This document shows, in pieces, positions 9,290 through 18,325 of a DNA stretch of 46,924 nt. This DNA comes from a virus (lineage: Duplodnaviria; Heunggongvirae; Uroviricota; Caudoviricetes): IMG/VR virus record IMGVR_UViG_2695420343_000002. One strand, written 5' to 3'. The notes beneath the pieces are model-generated. The model worked only from the letters and a program-made list of their open reading frames with translations, was not told the origin of the DNA and searched no databases. A program made the position numbers and the translations under genes. The first letter of the stretch is position 1. Each line of letters opens with the position of its first letter.

Positions 9290-9985
9290 ATGAAAAAGGA
9301 AATACTCAAGGCTCTTTGCCCTACATGCGGTGGGTTACGTAACTGCACTGTGCATGGGAAGCTAACCACTAGCTGGGAGGATTCCCAATATCCAGTTTAT
9401 GGGTACCATTACCATCACCTACTCCAATGCAATGGCTGTGATACTGTCTTCTATCACCACAACGAACACTTCAGTGAGCATACTACCCACGAATATCGTG
9501 ATGGTGAATTTGTAGAAACGCCTATAGATATGATCACTACCTATCCTGCCGCTGAAACATTTCAAGCTCCGATATGGTTATCCAAGCTTGAATCAGTTGA
9601 TCGTCAGCTCTTTCAAATATTTAATGAAATGTATTCTTCATATACTTCTGACCATTTCATTCTTTCGTCCATCGGTTTACGGACGATTTTTGATCGAACT
9701 GCTGAACTGTTACAAATTCACCCCGGTTTGCCGCTTGGTGAAAAAGTTGAAAAATTAAAACAAGATGGAGTCATAGGCGACACTGAGGCATGCGTTATAT
9801 CTTCAGTAATTGATGCAGGAAACGCCGCCGCACATCGCAGTTGGAGCCCGAATAAAAGTGAGTTCGAACAAATGCTAGAAGCTATAGAAAGTTTTGTCCA
9901 AAGAACTATCTTGGGCAAAAAATCACTTGAACATATAACCAAACAACTCCCACCTCGGGTTACAAGACCTAAAAATAGTGCATAA
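9290..9985 (+). CDS. Zinc-ribbon plus DUF4145-like domain protein (candidate accessory or defence gene)
   Basis: N-terminal CPTCGG...C..H...CNGC; C-terminal GLRTIFDRTAELL...LGEKVEKLKQDGVI...IDAGNAAAHRS fits my recollection of DUF4145; AT-rich by eye. Confidence 0.55.
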   Translation: MKKEILKALCPTCGGLRNCTVHGKLTTSWEDSQYPVYGYHYHHLLQCNGCDTVFYHHNEHFSEHTTHEYRDGEFVETPIDMITTYPAAETFQAPIWLSKLESVDRQLFQIFNEMYSSYTSDHFILSSIGLRTIFDRTAELLQIHPGLPLGEKVEKLKQDGVIGDTEACVISSVIDAGNAAAHRSWSPNKSEFEQMLEAIESFVQRTILGKKSLEHITKQLPPRVTRPKNSA

Positions 9986-10011
9986 TCCGCGATCATCAAT
10001 GTGGCGTAAGG

Positions 10012-10604
10012 CTATGGTTTACTTGCTACAGGGAATTTTTTATACACCGTTGAAATACCCAGATCATAAATCAGTGCGACTTGCTGCTGATATATTCCCG
10101 ATTCAATCAACCTGCCAGCCTGCCCCCATTGTTCTACTGTCAGCTTTGGCTTTCGCCCACCGTTCCTCCCTTCTTGTCGTGCTGCGGCAAAGCCGCCCTA
10201 GTACGTTCGACAATAAACTCTCGCTCCATTTCAGCCAGGGCACCCATCACATGAAAGAAAAAGCGCCCCATTGGTGTGCTGGTATCAATAGCATCCGTCA
10301 GGCTGCGAAAATTAACGCCACGTTCGCGCAACTCTTCCACCAGCACGACAAGATGCCGCATACTGCGCCCCAGTCGGTCCAGTTTCCAGACCACCAGCGT
10401 GTCACCTGCCGATAATGTCCTGAGCAGCTTTTTCAGTCCTGGTCTGTCGGACTTTGTACCGCTTATCTTGTCTTCAAAAATCAGCTCACATCCTGCACAG
10501 TTCAACGCATTACGTTGTAGATCGGTGTTCTGGTCATTTGTTGATACGCGAACATAGCCAATAAGCATGATTGCTCCTCCTGACAAAAACAGGAACGATG
10601 CCAT
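10012..10604 (-). CDS. Pin/Gin/Hin-family DNA invertase, frame-broken
   Basis: N-terminal MLIGYVRVSTNDQNTDLQRNAL catalytic domain (track 10140-10604); the HTH tail GRNGGRKPKLTVEQW...STVYKKFP is in another frame down to 10012; shift lies in a G-run near 10186-10199. Confidence 0.7.
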
Positions 10605-10627
10605 TTGCTCGTTATTTCTGCATTTTC

Positions 10628-10647
10628 ATAAACCTTGGTTTGGGAGA
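10628..10647. repeat. Invertase crossover site (gix/hix-like), left
   Basis: ATAAACCTTGGTTTGGGAGAG; an 18-bp core AAACCTTGGTTTGGGAGA is repeated inverted at 12447-12466. Confidence 0.7.
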
Positions 10648-10993
10648 GGCGGCGAAAAGGGATGTGGGCACAGGAGATAATCAGATACCGGATATGGGAG
10701 CATTCGCTTCTGGTTCGGGATGGTTCAGGCTACCAGGTGGATATATTGTTCAGTTTGGCACTTTTGCAGGAAACACGACCCGCTTTATCAGTGGACACTT
10801 CCCTATACCATTCCCTAATCAGCCGATGGTTTCAGTCAGTGTTATGTCTGATGCCGTTCAGTCAGACCCGTCGATTCCTGCCCCGCAGGTTTTGTCTGTA
10901 AATTTTGAACATATCAGTAATTCAGCGTGGCGTGTGGCAACCAGTGATATCTCATATCAATACAGATTCAGTTATATTTCGATAGGACGGTAG
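10631..10993 (+). CDS. Alternative tail-fibre C-terminal variable segment (promoterless, expressed after inversion)
   Basis: Frame shares the NLGLGE residues encoded by the crossover site with the tail fibre at 12001-12747; track ORF 10571 starts with TTG. Confidence 0.55.
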   Translation, partial: NLGLGEAAKRDVGTGDNQIPDMGAFASGSGWFRLPGGYIVQFGTFAGNTTRFISGHFPIPFPNQPMVSVSVMSDAVQSDPSIPAPQVLSVNFEHISNSAWRVATSDISYQYRFSYISIGR

Positions 10994-10995
10994 AA

Positions 10996-11436
10996 ATGCA
11001 GAAATATATTTTCAGTGCCGATAAAAATGCGTTTTTCCCTGTGGAGCTTAAAATCGCTTATCAGGAATCCGGCGAATGGCCCGGTGATGGAATCGAAATT
11101 GACGACACTGTTGCCGCCGAATTTATGAAGGAAGCACCAGAAGGAAAATACAGAGGCGTCATCGACGGAATGCCTGCATGGATTGATATTCCACCGCCAA
11201 CTCATGAGGAACAAATTGCCGCAGCCGAACTGGAAAAGCAGCAATTGATTAATCAGGTCAACGAATACATAAACAGTAAGCAATGGCCTGGTAAAGCGGC
11301 GATTGGTCGCCTGAAAGGTGAGGAACTGGCGCAATATAATTTGTGGCTGGATTATCTGGACACACTGGAACTGGTCGATACTTCCGGTGCGCCAGATATT
11401 GAATGGCCTACGCCTCCGGCAGTTCAGGCCAGATGA
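10996..11436 (+). CDS. Tail fibre assembly protein (alternative copy)
   Basis: 146 aa; C-terminal TSGAPDIEWPTPP typical of tail-fibre assembly chaperones. Confidence 0.7.
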   Translation: MQKYIFSADKNAFFPVELKIAYQESGEWPGDGIEIDDTVAAEFMKEAPEGKYRGVIDGMPAWIDIPPPTHEEQIAAAELEKQQLINQVNEYINSKQWPGKAAIGRLKGEELAQYNLWLDYLDTLELVDTSGAPDIEWPTPPAVQAR

Positions 11437-12001
11437 CATCCGGCGCGGTGCTGGTATCTGTTACCGTCATCGCGTCAATGTAATCCAGCACGGCGTTAAG
11501 TCGGGTTGTTTCTGCCTGCGTCAGCTTCCGTCCGGCCTGTAATTTCAGTTGAATCAGACTGATGGAAGCCATTGCAGCATCAATCAGCGACTGGCGCTGT
11601 GCTTCTGCTGCGTCTACTGCGGCACTATGCTGTGCCTCAGTATCTGTCACCCATTTCTCACCATCCCATTTATCGTATGGCGTTAACGGTGAAAGCGTGA
11701 CATAACCGTCTTTGATGGCACCGATATAATCCACTGTAACAGCTGCGCCATTTTCGATTGAGTAAACAGTCTCATTGCGGTGGTCTTCTTCATGGCTCCA
11801 TCCCTTACCCGTAAATACTGCCACTTTCCCCGGAATGTATTCGCCCGGGTCAATACCAGTGGAACAGGCGGGCATACTTACGCCAGTATTAATATATTCA
11901 TCAGACCAGCCCGTATACTCAGATGTTTCAGCATCATAATAAAAACAACGCATATCGCCCGGCACTGTAGCCAGCCCATTTTCATCAAAAACAGGTTTCA
12001 T
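11408..12001 (-). CDS. Tail fibre assembly protein (currently expressed orientation)
   Basis: 197 aa; C-terminal TSTAPDVIWPELPEA; immediately downstream of the tail fibre gene. Confidence 0.7.
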   Translation of the reverse strand: MKPVFDENGLATVPGDMRCFYYDAETSEYTGWSDEYINTGVSMPACSTGIDPGEYIPGKVAVFTGKGWSHEEDHRNETVYSIENGAAVTVDYIGAIKDGYVTLSPLTPYDKWDGEKWVTDTEAQHSAAVDAAEAQRQSLIDAAMASISLIQLKLQAGRKLTQAETTRLNAVLDYIDAMTVTDTSTAPDVIWPELPEA

Positions 12002-12747
12002 TATTTAGCCCTCACCAGAAAGTTAAATGCAATATTTCGCGGTCTGACAGCAACAAAATTCACACCATCACCCACAGAGTTACTGGTGAAATTAAATCGT
12101 GAAAATCCTGGCTGATTTCCGGCGATGCCATCATGAAAGTTAATTGCGTGTCCCGCACCTCCGCCTATATTCCCGGCAAACTGAGAAAAGTTTGTAGCTT
12201 CCTGCCAGCTTAATAATTCGCGACCGCCATCGGCACCTCGCCCGTCATCCCAGATACGAATGAAATCACCGCGGGCTTCAGGTAATACCAGTGAAGGAAA
12301 CACTTTCGCCAGCACAGGGTAATCAGAGGCAGAAAATTTCGCCCCGTTGAACTTCAAAAACACCATACTGGACCAGCTGTCGATTACAGTATTTGGCATT
12401 GCAGCGGACGGCCAGAAGAACGGAACGCCAATAGCTGGAGCACCTTCTCCCAAACCAAGGTTTTCGAGAGCCGTTTTCACCGTGCCATCCGATTTGATAT
12501 CACCAAACGGATTCTTGCGGCTTAACAGCAGAGCACGAAGCGCGGTAAGCAACTGGTCGTGCCGCGCCTTCTCCAGACTGGCACCGGAGGCTTCCACCAC
12601 GCTGCAAAGCTCCTCCTGCAACATGTCAAAGTAGTCATCATCCAGATCGGTGGCAGGCGTGCCGGTCTGGGGGTTACCACGGGTAAAACCGTTCTTACCC
12701 GCGCCGAACTTATCCTTCTGCGCGGTTTTCGTGTCTATACGATGCAT
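12001..12747 (-). CDS. Tail fibre protein (constant N-terminus outside, variable C-terminus inside the invertible segment)
   Basis: 248 aa; crossover site lies in-frame at codons for ALENLGLGE. Confidence 0.7.
   Translation of the reverse strand: MHRIDTKTAQKDKFGAGKNGFTRGNPQTGTPATDLDDDYFDMLQEELCSVVEASGASLEKARHDQLLTALRALLLSRKNPFGDIKSDGTVKTALENLGLGEGAPAIGVPFFWPSAAMPNTVIDSWSSMVFLKFNGAKFSASDYPVLAKVFPSLVLPEARGDFIRIWDDGRGADGGRELLSWQEATNFSQFAGNIGGGAGHAINFHDGIAGNQPGFSRFNFTSNSVGDGVNFVAVRPRNIAFNFLVRAK
12447..12466. repeat. Invertase crossover site (gix/hix-like), right
   Basis: CTCCCAAACCAAGGTTTTCG is the inverted partner of 10628-10647. Confidence 0.7.
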
Positions 12748-12750
12748 GGA

Positions 12751-13335
12751 TTACTCCGGATATTTAAAAATTACGTAGGTATGCGACGGGCAGAGTTTGT
12801 TAAGCACACACTCGACAACGGTGTCACCCCAGATACGCAGTGCGGAATCACAGGGATCGCCACATGTCATCCAGGTGGTGTTGGTGGCTGCTGGCATGTT
12901 GACCTGCCAGTAATACCGCCATTCCGGCGCATTCACCGCGTCAGTACAGGCCGATGAGCAGGTGAACGTGCTTTTGTCGTATCGCGTGATGGTGGCATCT
13001 GGTCTGCCCAGGGCAGCAAGCTGTGCAAGATAAAAATCCTCGTTGATGCCGCCCGCCAGGTTAACCTTCGCATCCAGCCGTTGCTGACGCTGGCGAAGGG
13101 TCTGTGTCCCTGCGGGAATACATTCATCCGGCAGACCGCACAGACGCTCCCAGCGGTTTATCAGTTCAGTGGTGGTGCGCGGATCCAGCTCCCGCATCAG
13201 GGCATCCGCACGCTGATGAACGCGGGTTAATGACGGTGCCGCACCGGCAATCGACGGATCGCTGGCTGACCACGCCGGACCGGGGGGCAACAGTGCCGAC
13301 AACAGACGGATGTAATCATCGTTTGTCACGTCCAT
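12751..13335 (-). CDS. Mu gp48 / YmfQ-like tail protein (DUF2313-like)
   Basis: 194 aa, same length and position as e14 YmfQ upstream of the tail fibre. Confidence 0.6.
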   Translation of the reverse strand: MDVTNDDYIRLLSALLPPGPAWSASDPSIAGAAPSLTRVHQRADALMRELDPRTTTELINRWERLCGLPDECIPAGTQTLRQRQQRLDAKVNLAGGINEDFYLAQLAALGRPDATITRYDKSTFTCSSACTDAVNAPEWRYYWQVNMPAATNTTWMTCGDPCDSALRIWGDTVVECVLNKLCPSHTYVIFKYPE

Positions 13336-14384
13336 GAAATCGTCCCCAGTACCGCCAGTTCATTTTTTGCAATGGAGATATTGTCTGCCGGTGCAAGCAA
13401 CTGATGGCTGTATTCCCCGTTCGCACCGGAAATCGCCTCACTGATACGCGATACCTTCAGTTCTCCCTGCGGATAACCATCACGCAGCAGGAACGAACGC
13501 AACTCCGCGGTGATGGCAGCCCGTATTTCCGGTGTGTCCGGCGTCACACGGATATGAAAATCCACCGTATGCGCCACCGGCCTGAATACATACAAATCAG
13601 AGCCTGCCACCGGGGCCAGTGGCTCAATGTGTTGTCTTGCCGCCGTTTCCGTTGATTCTTCCGGAATGGGGTTAATCAGGTCACTGCCGGCAATCATCAC
13701 ACCGACAGTCCCCGTTCCCATCCAGTGGCGGTATGTCCATGCGCGGGTAATGCCGGGAACTTCTTTAGCCCAGACGACATAGTCCCCGTCAGCCCCGCCC
13801 TGAGGCGTCCAGTAATACCGCTCAATGACGCGGGCGCGCCACGTTTCCAGCTCTTCAGTATCAAATCCACCTGTCAGTGTATCTGCCACGCCGGAAGACG
13901 GCAGACCATTCACCGGCGTGACCAGGATTAATGACGTACCGTCGTCAGCGTTACCGACCGCGCCTGCACTTGAGCAGGCGATCGGCACGCGCAGGACACC
14001 ACCGGAGCTGGTTGCATCGGCAGTTGCCGTGTACTGCACCAGGTCATCGCGCTGAATAACACTCCCGGCGGTCACCTTCAGGCCATCGCTGACACCTTCC
14101 CAGCGCATATACCCGCTGGCAGCCGTGGCCCCCTTGCGCGGACACCGTTTCATCGCAGCATGTCGCGCCAGCCAGGACTCATCGCACAGGTCAGGCAGCA
14201 TATTCATTGCCAGATAATCGATGTACCCGTAAACCGTATGCAGCGCCGCCGCATACACCTTTGCCCGCACGTCTTCATCCATGCGCCGGAGCGTGTCGCT
14301 GACGTCCAGCCTGGCGAATAAATCGTTACGGAGCATACTGATATTTTCTGCCAGCGTCGGGCGCTGAAATTCACTGTCCGCCAT
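13326..14384 (-). CDS. Baseplate J-like protein (Mu gp47-like)
   Basis: 352 aa; position between gp46-like and gp48-like genes. Confidence 0.65.
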   Translation of the reverse strand: MADSEFQRPTLAENISMLRNDLFARLDVSDTLRRMDEDVRAKVYAAALHTVYGYIDYLAMNMLPDLCDESWLARHAAMKRCPRKGATAASGYMRWEGVSDGLKVTAGSVIQRDDLVQYTATADATSSGGVLRVPIACSSAGAVGNADDGTSLILVTPVNGLPSSGVADTLTGGFDTEELETWRARVIERYYWTPQGGADGDYVVWAKEVPGITRAWTYRHWMGTGTVGVMIAGSDLINPIPEESTETAARQHIEPLAPVAGSDLYVFRPVAHTVDFHIRVTPDTPEIRAAITAELRSFLLRDGYPQGELKVSRISEAISGANGEYSHQLLAPADNISIAKNELAVLGTISWT

Positions 14385-14799
14385 GCGTTATCGCACTCCA
14401 CAGATCATCAAAAGAAATCATTACCGGTCCGTCACGACGCCAGAGAGTGATACTGTTACCCAGCTCATTAATCCCGGTGCGGCGGATATCCAGATCAATA
14501 CGGGACACCACGCCGTCATCAATCATCCATTGCAGGCATTCGCGGATATACCCCCTTACCGTCTGCACCAGCTGATTGGTCAGTTTGCTGCGCTGAAGCA
14601 GCCACAGTCGGGAGCCGTAACGGTCATTCTGTACCGCAGGCCAGGTATCCCCCCACCATCCCATCGGGACGTCGGCGTTGTCATCAGGCTCCGCCCGCCG
14701 CCAGGTGAACAGGGAAATCACCACGGCGCGGGTCAGCGGATCCAGCGGTGCGCTGGCGCAGGTGCGTTTACCGTTCACCGTCAGCCACAGTTCCATCAT
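14371..14799 (-). CDS. Mu gp46-like baseplate protein
   Basis: 142 aa; position and size. Confidence 0.6.
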   Translation of the reverse strand: MMELWLTVNGKRTCASAPLDPLTRAVVISLFTWRRAEPDDNADVPMGWWGDTWPAVQNDRYGSRLWLLQRSKLTNQLVQTVRGYIRECLQWMIDDGVVSRIDLDIRRTGINELGNSITLWRRDGPVMISFDDLWSAITHGGQ

Positions 14800-15344
14800 G
14801 CCTCCATCGCTTTATCAGGTTTGTCGGTGTTACTTCCCTGACCGTTCTCTCTGTGACGATGCCCGTTATAGGCAAGCCGCATCGCTGACATGGTGGTGCC
14901 GCCGGAGTCGCACAGGTCTTTCACCTGTCCGGTCACTTCCAGGTCCATTTCAAAACGTGCTCTGGGCGCATTGCGAAACGTGATCGTTTTACCTGCACCG
15001 TCCACCACGATCCCCTCCCGGGTCAGCGTCACGGACTGCCCCTGATCGTCATAGACAGCCACCTCCCCCGTTTGCAGCCCTTTCAGGCGGTAGCGACGGT
15101 CCGACACCGTAACAACCACCGCATGAGAACGGTCGCCATCCGGAAACAACACCACCGCTTCCGCACCGCTGTTTGCCCTTGCGGTAAAACCGTAGGGTTC
15201 AAGATGTTCAACCCCGGCTTTGGGTTCACCGGCAATCAGGGACACATCCACGGTCTGACATTTCGTGGCGGCACTGATGCTTTTCACCACGGCCCGCCCA
15301 ATCAGGCCGAGGAGTTGTCGCTGCATGGCTTCAATCGTCCTCAT
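14796..15344 (-). CDS. Baseplate spike/assembly protein V-like (Mu gp45-like)
   Basis: 182 aa; position after the P-like gene. Confidence 0.55.
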   Translation of the reverse strand: MRTIEAMQRQLLGLIGRAVVKSISAATKCQTVDVSLIAGEPKAGVEHLEPYGFTARANSGAEAVVLFPDGDRSHAVVVTVSDRRYRLKGLQTGEVAVYDDQGQSVTLTREGIVVDGAGKTITFRNAPRARFEMDLEVTGQVKDLCDSGGTTMSAMRLAYNGHRHRENGQGSNTDKPDKAMEA

Positions 15345-16423
15345 CAGAACGGGTCCTCCTGTACTCTGGCTTTTTTCTTTTTCCGCGCGCCGGGGGCTTC
15401 GGGTTCAGGCAGATAAGCATCAGGTGGGCCGACACGGATTTCCGTCAGGGTGCCGTTCTGGTCCTGAGTAAACGTGACTTCCGAAACAAGCAGTTCGGTA
15501 TTGTCGAAACCACAGACCGGATCAAAGACAATCACCCGCTGGTTGGGCTGCCACAGCGTACCGTTACCCTGTCGCCAGCCCTGCACCACATAGGTGGTTT
15601 CATCCGTCCGCGCCGCCCGTTGTCGGGCTTCAAAGTCCGCACGGGCAATACAGCCTGCCCCCGTAGCCTGCCCTGTCTGCCTGATATACATCGGACGGTA
15701 ACGGGCAATAAATGCGTCCTCTGTGCGGGCCCGCAGCGCGGTGGTGGTGGCCTCACCGAAATCATCGTCGTTTCCGGCACGCTGCCCCGCCACCTGGTAA
15801 ACAGAAAACCGCTCCCGGATACTCTTCTCCGTATCGCAGGAAAGGATGTTTTCCCCGAGTACCAGCGCAGTATGTGCCCGCGTTGAGCCAATACCGCCAA
15901 TCACCAGCCTGCCGTGCGGGTCGTCGTAAGCCAGTGCCTGCTGCTGACCGAGTATTTTGTTGATTACCTCAATCACCGTTTCACCGTGATCAGGCTGGAC
16001 ATCAGGAATAACACCCGACGGCGCACCGTTGTTCACCACCTCAATGCCGAAAGGCGCAGCAAGCGCCTGCGCAATCTGTACCAGCGATCGTCCGTTAAAC
16101 TGTGTCGGTTCGGCTGCACAGTCAATCAGGTCAGCCGTCAGACTACGTCCGGCAATACCGGTGCTGACCGAACGGGCATCGTAACGAACGGGGGTCGCCT
16201 CCACCCAGCCGGTGATCACCAGCTCATCACCAATCAGCACTTCCACTTTTGAACCATTTTTAATGCGCGGCTGAAGCGTGGTGATACCCTCATCTCCCGG
16301 CCACTGGCGGGTGATCTCCACGCTGAAATCCCGCGCCAGCCGTTCAATACCGGCACCGATGCGCACCGATGTCCAGCCATTCCACTCCCGGCCATTTACC
16401 CGTAGCGTGACGTTATCGTTCAT
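15344..16423 (-). CDS. Mu gpP-like baseplate/tail protein
   Basis: 359 aa; follows the DNA-circulation gene as in Mu. Confidence 0.6.
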   Translation of the reverse strand: MNDNVTLRVNGREWNGWTSVRIGAGIERLARDFSVEITRQWPGDEGITTLQPRIKNGSKVEVLIGDELVITGWVEATPVRYDARSVSTGIAGRSLTADLIDCAAEPTQFNGRSLVQIAQALAAPFGIEVVNNGAPSGVIPDVQPDHGETVIEVINKILGQQQALAYDDPHGRLVIGGIGSTRAHTALVLGENILSCDTEKSIRERFSVYQVAGQRAGNDDDFGEATTTALRARTEDAFIARYRPMYIRQTGQATGAGCIARADFEARQRAARTDETTYVVQGWRQGNGTLWQPNQRVIVFDPVCGFDNTELLVSEVTFTQDQNGTLTEIRVGPPDAYLPEPEAPGARKKKKARVQEDPF

Positions 16424-17880
16424 TGCACTGGCACCTTCAGAGGGATCACCGGCACAAAGCCGGGATGCGTAATGGCATTACGCCGGATAATGTCCGCGTC
16501 ACGCGCCGCGTTATCAAACCAGGTCGCCGCCAGCACCAGCGCGGGTAAGACCTCATCCGGCGTGCGCTGAATGATCCGAGCAGACTGTTCAAGGCGCGTG
16601 TTGATATCCGCATTCAGATCTGCTTTCACCCGGCGCAGCGCCAGAAACAGCGCATCACTGGTTGTACGGGACAACTCCTTATCAATTGCCGTATTCAGTG
16701 TGTCGCGAATGTCAGTCAGTTCTTCCCACGTTGGCAGGTCAACCGTGTTTTTCACCGCCGGTGCATTGTTCAGTGCCGGATGCGTGACGGAAGGCCAGCC
16801 GGTGCTCTGCGCGGAAGTTGTTGACTGCCCCACTGCGGCATTCTGCATCACCGCGGAAGTTGTTGACTGCCCCACTGCGGCATTCTGCATCACCGCGGAA
16901 GTTGTTGACTGCCCCACTGCGGCATTCTGCATCACCGCGGAAGTTGTTGGCGCAGGCAATCGGGTGACGGCATACGCCGCTTCGCTGATTGCGGTCGCAC
17001 GAAGGGTGCTGGCAACCACGTTACGCTGCTGCGTCGCCGTGGCGGTGGTTTTACTGTCCGTTTTCCAGACGCCGCGCGGTTGCAGATCGCTGCCGAGGCT
17101 GACACCGGAAAGCGTTTTGATCATGGTGACCAGGTCGCTGGCGTTACCATAAAGGCGTTTCCCGGTACGCCACATTTTCTGCACCTGCTCAACGAAATTT
17201 TTGCCTGACGATGGCGGCGGCAGAAGTACCGAGATATCCCCCTGCAACAGCCTGGCGGCATCCGATACGGCAGAATCCACCACTTTCATCGCATCAGAAA
17301 CATACCCCAGCATTATGCTGGCATTACCGATAACGTCGTTCTGCACGAAATCCGCCACACCATCGATACTGAAACCGCTGAAGCTGTCACTGATGCAGTC
17401 ATCCAGTGCAGAACAGGATGACATCAGCGTCTGCGCCGTCGCCGCACCTGATGTGGGGTAAGAGAGTTCTCCCGCTTCGACAAACTTCAGGTCAAAGCGG
17501 ACAATACGCCCTTCACTTTTCGATGTGCTGACCCGAACCTCTCCGTCAACACAGACTTTCAGCTCACCGTAAGTCGGGTGGACAAGCGTGCCGGGACCGG
17601 GTTTATTCAGCGCGTCAATCAGGCGATCGCGCTGGTCAAAGCAGTCATCGCCCACCACATAAGCCGTGATGGACGGGCGGAAAGTGACTTTTCCCAGATC
17701 TTCGGTATAGGGTTTGTCGCGGTTCGGATATTCGTGTGTTTCCACACGGCGACCTGTTCCCGCACTTTCTTCTTCAACCTTAAACGGCACACCGCGAAAT
17801 GACGCGTCCTGAAGCCTGTCTTTCCACGTCATATAAACTCCGGATATAAAAAAGCCCACCGAAGTGGGCATGAAAGACAT
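16420..17880 (-). CDS. DNA circulation protein (Mu gpN-like)
   Basis: 486 aa directly downstream of the tape-measure region; contains three in-frame repeats AVMQNAAVGQSTTS. Confidence 0.65.
   Translation of the reverse strand: MSFMPTSVGFFISGVYMTWKDRLQDASFRGVPFKVEEESAGTGRRVETHEYPNRDKPYTEDLGKVTFRPSITAYVVGDDCFDQRDRLIDALNKPGPGTLVHPTYGELKVCVDGEVRVSTSKSEGRIVRFDLKFVEAGELSYPTSGAATAQTLMSSCSALDDCISDSFSGFSIDGVADFVQNDVIGNASIMLGYVSDAMKVVDSAVSDAARLLQGDISVLLPPPSSGKNFVEQVQKMWRTGKRLYGNASDLVTMIKTLSGVSLGSDLQPRGVWKTDSKTTATATQQRNVVASTLRATAISEAAYAVTRLPAPTTSAVMQNAAVGQSTTSAVMQNAAVGQSTTSAVMQNAAVGQSTTSAQSTGWPSVTHPALNNAPAVKNTVDLPTWEELTDIRDTLNTAIDKELSRTTSDALFLALRRVKADLNADINTRLEQSARIIQRTPDEVLPALVLAATWFDNAARDADIIRRNAITHPGFVPVIPLKVPVQ
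16811..16950. repeat. 42-bp tandem repeat, about 3.3 units, in-frame within the gpN-like gene
   Basis: GAAGTTGTTGAC recurs at 16814, 16856, 16898 and 16940. Confidence 0.85.
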
Positions 17881-17895
17881 AAATTAATGTAAGGT

Positions 17896-18273
17896 TTACC
17901 CTGCTATTTTTTGAGCCAGATGAGCCTGCAATTTATAAATGTTTGCTCCTTTACTGAACTGTTTTTTTATCGGTTCTGCAATACCAGAAATCCATATCTT
18001 CATTTCAGCATCAAGATCAAGATGCCCGGCGGTTTCAATAGAAAAGTTTGTCACAGATTTATAAGGAATCGAACGATACTCTACTTTTTTCCCTGTGACA
18101 CCCTGCTTATCAATAAAAATTAACCTTCTGTTAGTCAGAATAATTTGGTCACGAATGAGTTTATAGGCAAGTTCGACATTTTCTCCCTCACCTAAAACAG
18201 CCCCTAATTCCTGTTGTGCATCTGATGCATTAATTTCACCGGCATTACCTATAATGGCATGTAACAGACCCAT
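17896..18273 (-). CDS. PH-like domain protein (bacterial PH-domain-like), moron inside the tail module
   Basis: ILTNRRLIFIDKQG...VEYRSIPYKSVTNFSIE...LDLDAEMKIWISG pattern; AT-rich by eye; likely start MGLLHAII with GAAGGGA RBS (track ORF extends to 18354). Confidence 0.55.
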   Translation of the reverse strand: MGLLHAIIGNAGEINASDAQQELGAVLGEGENVELAYKLIRDQIILTNRRLIFIDKQGVTGKKVEYRSIPYKSVTNFSIETAGHLDLDAEMKIWISGIAEPIKKQFSKGANIYKLQAHLAQKIAG

Positions 18274-18325
18274 AGATTTCCCTTCAGTTGATAACAAACT
18301 TAAAGACAAATTATATCTGGTTCCG

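Larger units (their letters stand above)
10636..12458. other. Invertible tail-fibre host-range segment (about 1.8 kb)
   Basis: Bounded by inverted gix-like sites; contains two convergent tail-fibre C-terminal segments with their assembly-chaperone genes; invertase adjacent. Confidence 0.65.

Noticed and set aside
10276-10557. Plus-strand 93-aa ORF opposite the invertase
   Set aside because: Antisense to a well-supported serine-recombinase catalytic domain.
16811-16950. Tandem repeats at 16811-16950 and 38777-38922 as a possible CRISPR array
   Set aside because: Units are contiguous without spacers, lie in-frame inside protein-coding genes, and no cas genes are present.
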